Assembly: GCA_051294375.1 (NCBI GenBank)
Contig: CM119268.1
Coordinates: 6,267,525-6,331,524, forward strand
Reading direction: 5' to 3'
DNA length: 64,000 bases
DNA from: Paraspadella gotoi
Taxonomy: Eukaryota > Animalia > Chaetognatha
The notes under the pieces are model-generated. The model was not told where the DNA came from. It saw only the letters and a list, made by a program, of their open reading frames with translations, and did not search any database. Below are positions 16,643 through 29,396 of the stretch, in pieces. The position numbers and the translations under genes were made by a program. Each line of letters opens with the position of its first letter. Position 1 is the first letter of the stretch.

Positions 16643-18134
16643 TCAAAACTCATCGGCAAACGGCCAGAGCGGATGATCACTAGAATCGGGAGAAGCGCAG
16701 GTCCGGCCCAGTCTTCCTTTGTCCAGAGCCGCTAGAGCCGCCATCTCTGCCTCGTCGAGTACAAAGTCAAAGACGGCGGCGTTGGCGGCGATGCGCGTCG
16801 GCGTCACGCTCTTGGGCAAGACCACCAAGCCCCGCTGGAGGCAGAAGCGGATGAGAACCTGTCAGTGGAGTGGTTGGAGCGAGTTTTTTAAAGATTAAAT
16901 TCTAAAACTACTGTAATAATAATGTTTTTGTTTTTATAATCGCTATCTCCGTCCACCTGAGCCGAAGTTTTGTTTCGCGACTCGGCTATTCTGACTACGA
17001 CGGGATCTTCAAGAAGAATCGGGTCGGAAGGGTTCGCGTTCGGCCTGTCGGGGCTTCCTGCAAAAGTAAAGATGATGGGGAGAAATTTTCTCTAAATTAG
17101 AAACGTTGTGGACGACGATGATCGATGATCTGCTACTTGCCGAGCGGACTGTAGGCGGCGACGGCGACGTCCTTGTCTCGACAAAACCGAACCAACTTCT
17201 CGTTGGCGAAATAGGGATGAACCTCCACCTGGTTGACTGCTGGGGTCACGGAGCAATTGGTCAAGACTCGCGCTACTTGGGATGAATTGAAGTTGCTCAA
17301 GCCAATGGAGCGGACGAGGCCTTCCGAGCGGAGGCGCTCCATCGCCGAGTAACTGTGGGGGACGATTTTTGCAAAACANNNNNNNNNNATCGATTCCAAC
17401 TCGGCTAAGTTTTCGACAACTATTTCACCAGTTTCGTCGCTCTTACGTTTCCAAGTAATCGACTTGGCTAAATTTCAGTTTTCCCTCTTGGTCTTTCGGA
17501 TACAGGTTCCCCTCGTCGCCCTCGTCCCAACCCATCGGGTAATGAATCAACAAGAGGTCCAAGTAGTCAATCCTCAGGGCCTTGAGCGACAGTTGAAGAC
17601 CTCGCCTTGTCTTGTCCGCCGAGTGAAATGTGTTCCAAATTTTTCCCGTGAGGAATACGTCGTCTCTGACGAGCGACTTGGCGGCGATTTTTTTCGCTAG
17701 CGCCGCTCCGACTTCTTCTTCGTTTCTGGGATTATTCGGAAAGCGAAGTTTTACCCAACTTACTAAAGATCAACGACTATAGTTGGTGCCCTCTCCGTTC
17801 ACTAATTAATAATCATCCAATTGCGCAACAGCCTAACCACCTGTACACCAACGCAATCGATGTGCCGGTAGCCGGCGTCGACGGCGGCCTCTACGGCAGA
17901 ACCGACTTGACCCGGTGGGGATTTCCAGGTTCCGAGTCCAAGAAGCGGAATGGAGTTGCCGTCGTTGAGATGGAGTTGTGTTGACGAGGCGACCGACCGA
18001 TCAAGCGAGGTGGTCGAGAACGGCACGGGCGAATCAGGAGAGATCGAAGAAGAGAAGCCGGCGTCGAAAAACGTTCGAGCAGCGATAAGAAAGGGGCGGA
18101 AATTCGCGGCGTGAGATCGTACGATCGAAGCCAT
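16643..18134 (-). CDS. Aldo-keto reductase family 1 (AKR1A/B-like) with N-terminal extension
   Basis: Motifs [65 protein letters not shown] and [12 protein letters not shown] over five exons. One apparent frameshift at about 17852; an N-gap lies in intron 2. Confidence 0.92.
17379..17388. other. Assembly gap (10 N)
   Basis: N run seen directly. Confidence 1.
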
Positions 18135-18781
18135 TGCGTATGAGGGCTGACCAAAGCTTATCCGTTCTGTGAATTCGTGATGTGAGACCATGAAATGAAA
18201 CAGGAATAGAATTTATGACATGTCAATGTCAATACGACAATATGCACATGAGATTTATGAACTCCATCTCATTTTCGGTTGTATCAAAAGTTCATCCCTT
18301 ATAGAAAGACTACGTAATTTACGGCCAACATATTTTTGTATTTAACGTCAGCGATTAAATTAGACATTTGTAACTGCTTCGATGCATGAACTTCTGTTTC
18401 AGTATTTTTAAAAACTAAATAAAAATAGCCGAAAAAAAGGTTCAAAAGCTTTATATTCATTATTTAAAACTGGTAAAATAAACAATAACAAATAAGTACA
18501 TAAGAAAGTACAAAATAAGCTGTTTAGGTAAAAAAAAAGGAACATATCAGCAAATACTTGTAAATCATTTCGAGAAAGGCACGACTTGGCAAGGTTGAAT
18601 AATAAATAGTTAAAAAAACTTAACAAAATAAAATGGACGGAAGAATTCAGGTATTAATAAAAAATAAATACGTATTACGTATACAAATGTTTATAAATGG
18701 GCTCGACGTACACAAGCGAAATCTTCTCATGAAAATAGTATCAGTTACAAGGTACTTTATGAAATTCACTTTTCAAAATAT

Positions 18782-19505
18782 TCAAATACGAATGTGGAAC
18801 TGCGTGGTGAAGTCAGCGGCTCGCTGTACAATTTGTTGGAATTCGGGTTGAGAGACGCAACCGTCCATATCGACGTCCACTTCCTCAAGCACCTGATTAT
18901 TATTTTTTTTCATAGATTTTGAAAAATTATCTAAATTTTTAAAAAATTTTAATCGCGAATAATTGTTATCTACCTTGTCGACAATGAGCTTCATTTCTGA
19001 CTCCTCCAACTCTCCCGCGCTGAGAATCTTAGCGGTGGTAAGCAGATCCTGTCGACCCAGTTCCCCATCGCCGTCAAAATCGTAAATCTTGAAGGCGTAC
19101 TGCGCCTTGATGTCCTTGTCCGCCGCCTCGCTGAAGACGGAAAACATATCGAGGAAATCGTTGAAGGTCATGTCGCCCTTAATTTGAAGGAAAAAATAAA
19201 AAGTCTTACACTTTAAAACGCAATGAACCACCGAGTGGAAAACTAACCTTTTCCTTGTCTGACGAGAACACTCTCACGATCCTTTCGCCAAATGGGTTCT
19301 CCTTGAGCTCGGGCATGCCGCACACGATGGCCCGCTCGATGTAGATGGTGGAAGGGAGTTTGCCCGACATGTCGAGCGGGATTCGCTCAGGGCTCAACTC
19401 GCGGAATCGTTCGAAGACGCGGAGGATTTCGTTGCGGCGAAAGAAGGTGACGTCCTGGTAGAGTTCGAGTTGAATCTCAGAAAAGATCGTCTGCTTGTTC
19501 CCCAT
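18782..19505 (-). CDS. CIB2: Calcium- and integrin-binding family EF-hand protein (CIB2/3-like)
   Basis: MGNKQTIF...YQDVTFFRRNEILRVF...MPELKENPF...FNDFLDMFSVFSE...YAFKIYDFDGDG...FTTQFHIRI*; three exons. CIB2 vs CIB3 is not resolvable. Confidence 0.9.
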
Positions 19506-19667
19506 GGCGGGAAATCGCAATGAGATTCTCCTGTCGACTAAAAACAGTTTTTCCTTTCTATCCCGAAAGACGTTCATTTGTAAAACAAATTAAAAATAAC
19601 AAGGATAACAAACGATAATAACAAAGGAAGCCAATCGATACATAATAAACCGAGTTTTTTCGAGACC

Positions 19668-20998
19668 TCAATCTCCTTTCTCTAATTCCTCGGCCTGTGC
19701 CTTCACGCATTCGATCTTCTTTCGGTAAGCTTCGGCTTCTTTCGCAGTCGCCGATGCCAATCCCGTCAACGCGTCTCCCCCACCTATTAATAAGTATAAA
19801 AAATATCGTCATTAATTACAAAATAGATCAAAGGCTCCAATATCCCTCAATAAATCATGATCAATACCGTCAGCGAGCCACGATAAATAAAATTCGAGCT
19901 TCTTGGCGGCCAATCTTCGCGCCGCCCGATTGACCTTTGGTCCATCGGCGTCGACACCAAGCCTCTTCTTGGCGCCAATCAAAAAAGCGCGCCAGGCGTC
20001 GCTCAAAGCCCGAGCCGCAAAATCGGGGCCCCGTCGGCAATGAACGGAAACGTCTTTTAACACGGCGCCGGTAAAGTCGTTGGAACAGAAGAGAACGGCG
20101 CCGTCTTTGCTATCGCCCACGGCGACGATGGCGTCGCAAAGGCTCGCCGCGACGCTGGAAAAGTTAGAGCCATTTCTCAAGACGCTGGAAATCGTCATCA
20201 TGTCGGCCACGACGTCCAACTCCACGTCGTCGTCGCCAAAAGCGCCGTCATAAAGGCGCCAGATGTAGCAATAGGCGAAGAGGACGTTAACGACATCGTT
20301 GGCGATGGAGAGAGAAGGGGCGCGTTTGGTCAGTCTTGAGAGTGGCTCGACGTCGGCGGTGATTTGTGGCATAGAAGCGTAGTCCTCGTTTTCCGTTTCG
20401 AGCTCCTCGACCAAAGGTCTTTCCCACCAAGGCTTCCTTCTCTTCGTTGACAACCAGGCGGTCGCCTCTCCGTTTCGCAGCTGCGACTCGAAATCCCTTC
20501 GCTCCCTCTCTGTCATTCGCGACCAGAGTAGATCAAGGTCGTCTTCATCGTCGAGATCCAGACCCTCTGGGTAAGAGAACACGTTTCGCTTTACCACAAA
20601 TGCCACGGCTACTAATTTTCATATTAATTTCTTATTAAATACTGTTATAACTTGCCAATTCTTTCGCCCAAATCGAGCGGTTCTTCGGCATCCCCCTTCG
20701 AAGCCTCTGCCAACTCGCTTTTTAAGATCTCCTCCACTTTTCTCTTATCGGCGTCGTCGGTGGTCACCTGACCGAGACTTTCCAAGCAGCACTCGCGAAA
20801 GAAAGGCTCCGAACAGCGGAGGTGCTTCTCCGAAGAGTAGCAGGCGGAAGAGCAGTAGCGGACGCCGCAACGGGGGCAAGTGTACTTAGAGTCCGTCTTC
20901 AGGCAGATGGCGCAGGCTTGAGCCGCCTGGGAATTAGGGAACGGGCCTAGTTTTTTGTGTAGCCCACGTGGCAGCTTGACTATTGTCGGGGAGGACAT
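19668..20998 (-). CDS. ZNHIT2: Zinc finger HIT domain protein 2
   Basis: zf-HIT CAIC...KYTCPRCGVRYCSSACY...H..CSEPF, then LWSRMT, KPWW and KKLEFYLSW. Exons 20656-20998, 19868-20566, 19668-19783; the first intron is GC-AG. Confidence 0.88.
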
Positions 20999-21174
20999 GA
21001 TCCGAAAGGAATAAAACACAATAAAACGCCTATGAGGTTGGAAGGTCAAAGAGGGCATAAATGGCACATCGAAAATCACCCGAAGACAAAAAAAATAGGT
21101 GAGACAAAGGGAAAAAGTCCAGAAACAGGAACGACAACGGATCAACTAGTTGCCACCGACGCTGCGATTCTCGC

Positions 21175-21445
21175 TTATTTGTCTTTAGCTTTCTTGGCCG
21201 GAATCTCGTTTTCCGCCGTCGCCGCCTCTACAAAGGCGTTTCTCAGGGCGTCTAAGGCTTTGAACCGGTGGGAGATGGAGTTTTTGATTTTCTTGTCCAT
21301 TTCCGCGTAAGTCTGATCGAAGCCGTCGGGTTGAAAGCAGGGATCCCAACCGAAGTCGCGGGGACCGCGAGGGTCGACGATTCGACCCAGAGTCTTTCCC
21401 CTTTGGAGAAAAAAATCTTAAAAGCATAAGGATCGTCGCAATTGC

Positions 21446-21489
<44 letters not shown>

Positions 21490-22001
21490 AAACGAAATAA
21501 AAACCCGATGTTTTCTTCCTCGAACTCTCTTCCTCTCACCCTCACCTGAACAGCTTAACCTCCGAATCTTTCCCACCATCGTGGTAGGCAAAGGTACACA
21601 ATGCTTCGGCGCTCTTGTCCTCAAATCCCTCTAGCATACGGTGGAGACCCTCGGGGCCGATCTTGGCGAGAAACCACTTGATGTAGGGGCCTGGCATGCC
21701 CCCCAAAGCGTTAAAGCAGAGGCAAGTGTCTGAGGAATAAGAATACGATTAAATCTCAATTAGTCACATGCAACGAAATAATTCGTCCGTCTTCACCTTC
21801 AACAATGACTGGGCCACCGACGAGCGCCACGGCCGCTCGACACTTTTCACGAGAGACCTGGTCGGGCTCGCCCTGGTACTCTGGCAAGTCGACCGAGTTG
21901 GGCACAAGGCGATGAGGGAAAGAGTCCCCCAGGATCATGGCCACCTCTTCGACCTTCTTGACGTTGCCAGAAACGAAGGAGATTGTTTTTCGAGTGGTCA
22001 T
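21175..22001 (-). CDS. ITPA: Inosine triphosphate pyrophosphatase
   Basis: [56 protein letters not shown]; three exons. Confidence 0.96.
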
Positions 22002-22380
22002 TTTAATAATTTTTAGTTTTTTTTCATTTCCAAGAAAGCATCGTTGAAGAGGAGAAGAGCATCAAGGGCATTCAAAAAATTATCTCTGGGCCTAAAATCA
22101 GAAACGGCCATAAATAGAGCAAGAGAACAACAGTTGTGTGTATTTGAAAATAATCTAAATCTGCGTATTTTCCTACAAATGGTACCAATTAAAGAAAAAG
22201 GATGGGAAAATAGGCCAAGGCTAAGGGAGAAGTAACAAAAAGCCACCGCATGCAAATTTTCAAAATTGAAAACAAAGAATGAAAATAAAAGTGTGCATCA
22301 GATGCCATAGTAAAACCATAATGCCAACAATAATAAACCGCATTTGCAACTAATCCCCAACAAATTGATCCCGAGAGTGG

Positions 22381-24147
22381 TCAATCGAACCACTTTTGAC
22401 GAAGCGTTTGAAGGTGTTCGAAGGCGTCCACGGTGATGTTAAGGGAAGGGTAGAGGCGTTTAAGGTGGAACTGAGGCACTGGGCTGGCCTCTTCCAGGAT
22501 AGACAATCCAGCCAAGCCTGGGAATTTAAAAAGGATTCCTGCTGGCCCAAATGTTATCATTTTAAAATATCCCGACGTTACTTTACCGAGTGCAGCGTGA
22601 AGCGCATCGGGATGACACTTTGGCCACTTGGAAAATCCGCCCGTTACGGGATTCTGCGTTTTTGGAGCCACAAGTTGTTTTTTTTAATGTTGTTGAGCTA
22701 ACAAATGGAGACTTATTGAAATTTTACAAAAAGGAGACCTGGCAGGAAAGAGTGAATTTTGTGTTGGATTCGACGTCGACAAGATCGAAGGCTCCGAGGA
22801 GTTTAAGGCCAGCGCCCACCCAGAACGAATAACAGCAATCGGCGGGCTTGTTGACGCGACCCTGGAATCCGCCTTGCTGCCGGAGCAGGAACCACCGTTT
22901 TAAGGCCTGTCCCGAGAATAAAAAGGATTTTTAGCGAGTGGATCGATCGACAAAAATAGTTCGATCGAATCGCAATCGAACCTCTATTTGACTTTCGCTG
23001 AGCGAAGAATGAAGTCGATTGAAGAGAATGAGAGAAGCGAGTGCGCAGAAGGACGATCCTCCGTGGGCTTCGGCGTCGGCGCTCATACCAAAAGCGCCTA
23101 AGAAGAAAGAAGTTAGTCAACATTAACGTATTCGTTGAAAACCCTCGAAACCGTTTATCATGTTTGAGGCAATCTTAGTCCGTACCTTCGTAACTTAAGC
23201 TACGACCCACAAAATTGGCAGCTTTGTCAACGTCTATCGCAGCAGTATGATCCTTTTCAGCCAGCATGCTTTGGACGGCGGCGGCGCAGAAAACGAAGCG
23301 AACGTCGCGTTCGCCGCCGTCGGACATCGGGGCGAAGCTCCCGTCGGGCTGTTGAAGGCTTCGAAGATTCTGGAGGTGATGAGTTATAAGCAAAGACATA
23401 AAAATCACAAACGACTATCATAACAAACCTACTTTTTATACCTGCAAAATAGCATCTCGATCCACGCCTTCCAACCGATCTTTTAACATTAGCAAAGACG
23501 CCAAAGCATTGTAAGTCATTGTCACGTGGGACGCATCGAAGTCGTTGTCTATAGGCGTGCCGAGACAGCCTATCGGCTCATGGAGTACGTCTTTCCCATT
23601 GTCGCTTAATCGCTTTTCGTCTTCGCCCGCCTCCTCGGACATCAGACGTCCGTTGGTGCGACGAAGCTCGAGGCGAGCATAAGAGTCAGAAAGTCGCGCG
23701 CCGTTGCTAGGTGACGACCGAAATCCGTGCATGGCCGACGCCCGATTTGAAATTTTTACTCGCTCGAGGTTTTCATCACCGGCGGGCAGTCCGGTGGTGG
23801 TCGTCGTTGTCGGGCTCAAAACCTGAAGAGAATAGATCCAAGCAACGATCTGACGGCGACGAGTTTCGTCGATGGCGGATTCAAGTTCGCCCAGTAAATC
23901 CAAGCCGAGAATCGCGAAGAACAGAACCTGTTGCGGGCAAAATCTCTATTAATATTCTATTAATCTTCTATTATTGTACAATTGTAGAATCACCCACCGT
24001 CATGCGATTCGTGTCGAGGCTTTGATAATCGGAGGGAAGCACGTCCAGACATCGAACGAAAAACTTGATGTGTTTCTTTCGCAGGAAAGTCGGCGGCGAA
24101 GCTGAGATCGATTCCGACACAGGATTTTCAGTTTTCAATGAGGCCAT
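22381..24147 (-). CDS. PGGT1B: Geranylgeranyl transferase type-1 beta subunit
   Basis: KKHIKFF...DTNRMT, HVTMTY, GERDVRFVFCAA, EAHGGSSFCALA, GFQGRVNKPADCCYSFW, GGFSKWPKCHPDALH; seven exons with GT-AG boundaries. Confidence 0.93.
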
Positions 24148-24682
24148 TCTTTGGTTTTCAAATAAAAACAACAATAATTTTTAACAAACGATGGAGGACG
24201 ATACAAAAACATAAAACGTTTGGAAACAAAAAAAAAACCCACAGCAAAGGCAAAGAGTAAAAAGCGTATAAATCTAAAACGTTGTCTATAAAATAACTTT
24301 AACAATTGTCCACAATAAGAACATGAATGTAGTTAAGTAGCAAGTGAATAAAAGCCAAACAAAAATACCTCGAAGTTAATCTCATGATGTAAAAAACAAG
24401 CACAAAGACTTCGAAGATGATACCAGGTATTTCGATTAGTAAAAGCAATAGACCAAACCAATCTTATATAAACGACCACGCATTTTCTGAGTATTAATTC
24501 AATAAAAAAAGAGCGTACAATTGCATAGAATTAGTTGACGAAATGCCCATTGATATACGCTGTAAATAACGTTGTAAATAACGACCTAAGTCTAGGACTA
24601 GAATTTTTCCAAACTTATTTGGACTCGATTTCCTTCCCCATAAACTTTTCAAAAACACCGGACAACATTTACTGACAACGAC

Positions 24683-25889
24683 CTAACGCCCCATGACGAT
24701 AAAACCAACGCCAACCGATAACCACATCGCAAACACCCCGACGTCAAAAACTTTAAGGTTCGGCGCAGAATTTCCTTCGCGGTCCGACACGTAGGCCACG
24801 ATCCTGGAAGGAGCGCCAGACCCGTCGAGGATCTTGATTGGCATCGCGACGATGTCTACCTCGAAATCGTCATCCTCCGCCAAAGGAGCCAACTCGTTTA
24901 GGTGGGCCACGTTCTCCAGCACCATAATATTAGACCGAAAAAGGGTTTGATGACTCGCCATGTCGGAGCACTGCCCGCAGTCCACGGACAAAGTCTCCAC
25001 GCCCACCATCGAAACCGTCGGCCGATTCTCCGCGATCCATGACGCTGCAGAGTAATTTTTAGGACGCCAATAACCAGAATTTTAATAGTCGGAAAACATT
25101 CAGTATATATTATGTATTCACCAAATTGTAGTGGACGTACTCCACGATTACCGAGACTCACCAGCTTTCGCCGAAAGTCCGGGAAAATGAAGATCAGAGG
25201 TGTTGCCTCTATCGTTGCCGACATATTTGACAACGTCCGGCCAAAGCTTTCCCCAGCCGGAGTAGAGCAGGAGAATGGCGCCGTCCGGGATGCGACGCCC
25301 GCGCCTTCGCTCCCACGCCTTCAAATCCTCGACGGTGACGAGGTCGTTGCGGTTTTCGGGCCACGACACTCGGGCGGAGACGTCGATGACCACGCCAGGT
25401 CCGCGGAAGCGATTCACGGGAATCTCGTGGAGGCGCCAACAATCATCTGAAGGAATTGAGGTTTGTAACGAACCGAATTAATCCGCCAAGGGACAATCGT
25501 ATAGTTTCACCAGAGGAACACATATGTCTCGGAGAATCCATGTGCGTTCCGTAATGTTCGCCAACTGAAATAAAATGTTATTACTTTATACGTATGGTTA
25601 ATTTATTTTTTAAACTCGATTTTTTATTATAAATACACTAAGTATTCTCTGAGTGACGGCATACAGTTATTTACATTTTACCTTCGAAGTTTCCCAATTC
25701 CACATAAACACCATTGTCAAGGTTACCGCGCTTGACAATTTCATATTTAAAGGGCTTTAAACCAGGGTAAAACGGGCGATTTTCTTGCAGGTTGTACGTC
25801 AAGTCAATCACTTGGGTTTCTGCCATCAACGGCGTAACAGAGTAAACCCATAAATAAACCAAGGCGATTAACATCCTCTCTGCCTTCAT
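24683..25889 (-). CDS. Cyclase-family metal-dependent hydrolase (kynurenine formamidase KynB/isatin hydrolase-like), with signal peptide and hydrophobic C-terminus
   Basis: HYGTHMDSPRH (HxGTHxDxPxH), GPGVVIDV, LLLYSGW, HFPGLS, VGVETLSVD, LENV, PIKILDGSGAPSRIVA; four exons. Confidence 0.9.
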
Positions 25890-27243
25890 CTTTATTCTTT
25901 AAGGAGATCGGACTCCTTACCTTAAAAAAGCAAATTCATAAAAGAACTGCAAATTGTTTTTCCGTAGTTTTAATAAATAATTTTTTTTCGCAAAAATGTC
26001 GTAATGAGATAAAACTCGAGTAATACTCTTAATTAAAAATTTTTGACTATTTTATTCCCAGTTTTATTTCCGTATCTTATTCGGTTGAAAGTCATTCACT
26101 AATTATTCAATGTTCATATGGTTGCCAGCCATTTAAAGGTTTCCGTCTTGTTTAGCGATGACGGTGTTGGAGGCGATAGCGGCGTTACCTTGGATTAAAG
26201 AAGATTCCTGGAAATATGCGGTTTTTCTTTTACAATTAATAAAAATCATTTTTTTCGATCAGCGAACAGAAAAAAAGCGAGACTACAACAAAAAAATCGT
26301 AGTGGTATTTTTTTATACAGTTACTCTGGATAAAGAGATATAAACAACGAAGATAAAGAGGTATTATGCCAAAAAAGAAAAACTACATTTCGAGAGATGT
26401 ATATGTAAATCAGTAACGTGGATGAGAGAAAGAGAAAACTCGTGGTTTGCTTTTTATTTGGTTTTTTTCTTTTTTTTTTGCGTTTTTTAATAAGTATTTT
26501 AAAAAACTAACACCAGAGGACAGGCTAATATATTCGATATTGAATTTGTAAACCTACATTTTTGTATAATTTTTCCCTTAAAATATTTAACAAAAATATT
26601 ACTTCTTAGGTTCGCTGACTTAGTGCGTAACCGTATTAGTAAATCTTATATGTACTTGATTGTAAACGGACCTCCCGACGACTTTACAACTCTCATTAAA
26701 AACTAGATCGTGTAAGGATAGAAATTTAGAGACACTTTCAAAAAGCTGGTCAAGGTTTAATGGCACAAGAGAGGCCTACACTATCAGACTACTATAATGG
26801 TCAAGACTACAGGGTGCCTTTTTCACTCTTTTAAAATCACCATCTCCACAATTGACTTACACGAATGAGACGGAAAGAATTGGGAATGGATATGACAAGA
26901 TTCCACGCGAATTTTCGGGTTAAACAACCAAAGATTCCATAATAAATTGGGTATTTTTTATTGTGTGAATAAAAAATGTTACATGCAACGAACGAATAAT
27001 GATCGTCGAAATTGAGACAAACAATAATTTAAATAATTGCATCCGATTTCGGCTTCTTAAATTCCGTTAACGAAATATAACGCTTTGTCTTTCTTCAGGT
27101 ATTTACTAATTTGTTGCAAATGAAATAACCACATTTTTCTCTCCGAACCCAAAAATTCTAATGTTTTTTTTCTCTTCTTGTTGCAAATCAAATCGGATTC
27201 GAGCAGAGAAGGCGAAAGTCCCAATCCTGGCCCTTTCATTTTC

Positions 27244-29396
27244 TCAAACAGCTCCGCCCAGCGAAGGGAACTCCTTTTCGTTGTCGACTTGTATGAAGGC
27301 CTCTTTACCTCCTCTACCGCCCCGGCCTCCCATTCCTCGAACCTGTCCCCGCAACCCGCTTCGGCCGCCGCCGCCTCCGCCGCCTCCGCCGACCGAGCCA
27401 CCGCCTCCTCGGTATCCTTCGCCTCCGGCTCGTCCGCGTCCGCCGCCACCTCCGCCACCGCCGCGAGACGGGCCCCGCCCGCGGCCTCCGCGCTGAGGCG
27501 CGTCGGAAAACTCCAACTTGATGTCGAGCGTCTGAGGTTTGGCGCCTTTTTTCCGCGCTTTACGATCGGCGTCATCTTCGTCGCCCTCTTCATCGTCGTC
27601 CTCAGATTCCTGAAAAAAAAAAGAGAAGTAATGATCATAAGTTGATGTAAAGGAATGTAAAGCTACATTCTCATTGTAACTAGGGACAGACCAAGTATGC
27701 CAACACAAACCTACCGATTTCGGAAACCGATACAAATATTCAAAGAACCTCACTTACTTGCTTCTTTTTGAGCGCCACCATGTCGCCCCATTGAGCATCG
27801 TCGACACCCTCGCCCGCTCGCCGAATCTTAAACTCGGTCTTGGGTTTGAATTGCTCCTGTGGAGAAATCACATCGACTCCTTTTTATATTAGCGATAATA
27901 AAAACGATGAGAAATTTAAAAAAAAGAAATCATCAGTACCTGCAGCGCCTTCCATTCGTCCAATGTCATCTCTTGTTTCTCTTCCTCCAAATGAATCTCT
28001 TCTTCGAATGAAGCGTCCGCCGCGTCTGAAAAGAATTAAGTCAAAGCTATGTATATATTTTGTAGCTTAATTAGTATTCACGCCAACGTCATGTTTATCC
28101 CGAAACACAACAAAATAGATCCGAAAATACCTCAACCAAATCAACAACCCCTCACCTCCTTCTGGCTTTTCCTCCGTCGTTTCCCCAGCGTCTTCGTCTT
28201 TGGCAGCGCCGCCGGCGTCGCCCTTGGATTTCTGCGGCGCTGATGTCGGGGCCGACGCGTTTACCGGAGCCGGAGTGACGCCCGCCTCCACGGGATTCCA
28301 TTCTTCGACGTTCTCCAGAGTGCTTGGCACTGATGTAGCTTCTTCGAAAGATTCCTGATGTCCGAAAAATTGTGGAAGTTTAATATGACAAATCAAATCG
28401 AAAAGTTTTTTTTCTTTTGACACGAAACCTTGTTAGTTTTTCCTCCTTCTTTCTTCTCTCCTCTTTCTTCTCCGTCTCTGGGTCCCGAAAACCTTCCTCC
28501 TCCGCCACGACCGCCTCGTCCTCCCCTGCCTCTTCCCCTTCCTCCTCTAAACCCTCCTCCACCTCCTCTTCCACCTCTTCCTCCTCTGGGCCCGTCTTGC
28601 CCCTCTTGAGGCACTCCGTCGCCGCTCGCCGCTCCCATCGCTCCGCCGCTTCCGCGCCGGTTACGAAATTCTCGGTATCCCCCGCCACCGCCTCGTTTCG
28701 GAGGCGGCGGCTTCTCTTCGCCCGCGAGGGTGAATACATCGATTACGCCATTCAGGGGCGCCATATTCTCTTGGTTCCCGGGTCCAACTGATCCTCCACG
28801 TCTGCCGGTTCCACTACGGGGTCCACCGCCGCCTCGCCTGCCGCCCCCGCCGCCGCGCGACGAGGCGTTCTGCTGCGCCCCGCCAGAGTCCCCGCCTCGG
28901 TCGTCCTTAGCTCGAAAAGACTCTTTAGCGGAGCCCTTGGGAGAAGACTCCTCGGACTTTCCGTTCTGAGAGCAGATTTCAAAAGTTAGCGGTGAATATT
29001 TTCGTATAAATCATCTATCCCTCTTAAAATATTAAAACCTGACTAGGCTGTTGGCCCTTGCTTTTCTTGGTCTCGTCCTCCTTCTTTTCCTCCTTCTTCG
29101 CCGCCTTGTTCTTCGCTTCCTTCTGCTCCTTAGCCTCTTTTTGCTCCTTCGAATCCTTTTGCTCCTTCACTTCTTTCTGCTCCTTTGCACGATTAGCGCT
29201 TTTCTCCTTCTCCATCTTTTTCTTGATCTCCAGCTTCTTGAGGCTCTCAAAAGGATCGTCATCTGATGAGATCGGTTTTTTTAAGGCTAATAAAATAAGA
29301 CTGAGATAATATAATTTTAAAAAGAAACTAACCATCGATGTTGAGCGCGTATCGGTTGTAGACGGTACAACCGTATTGCGCCTCCATTCTTGGCAT
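27244..29396 (-). CDS. SERBP1: SERBP1/HABP4/Vig-like RGG-rich RNA-binding protein
   Basis: N-terminal YGCTVYNRY...DDDPFE, RGG tracts, EEKEMTLDEWKALQ...FKIRRAGEGVD, and C-terminal EFPSLG; seven exons. Confidence 0.82.

Noticed and set aside
19812-19867. ZNHIT2 ending at 19812 as in the ORF track
   Set aside because: A GT-AG intron (19784-19867) leads in frame to a further exon ending at 19668.
22396-22832. Plus-strand ORFs as a separate gene or retroelement
   Set aside because: They are antisense shadows of the last PGGT1B exons.
27140-27165. Sm-site-like AATTTTTGG as an SL RNA gene
   Set aside because: It lies in the SERBP1 3' UTR with no leader-GT stem-loop upstream. No SL RNA gene is supportable in this window.
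27161-28969. Pro/Ser/Ala-rich plus-strand ORFs (also opposite DNAJC14, KRIT1, STARD7 and at 66-452)
   Set aside because: They are stop-poor antisense frames of GC-rich exons with no recognisable domains or independent splice structure.
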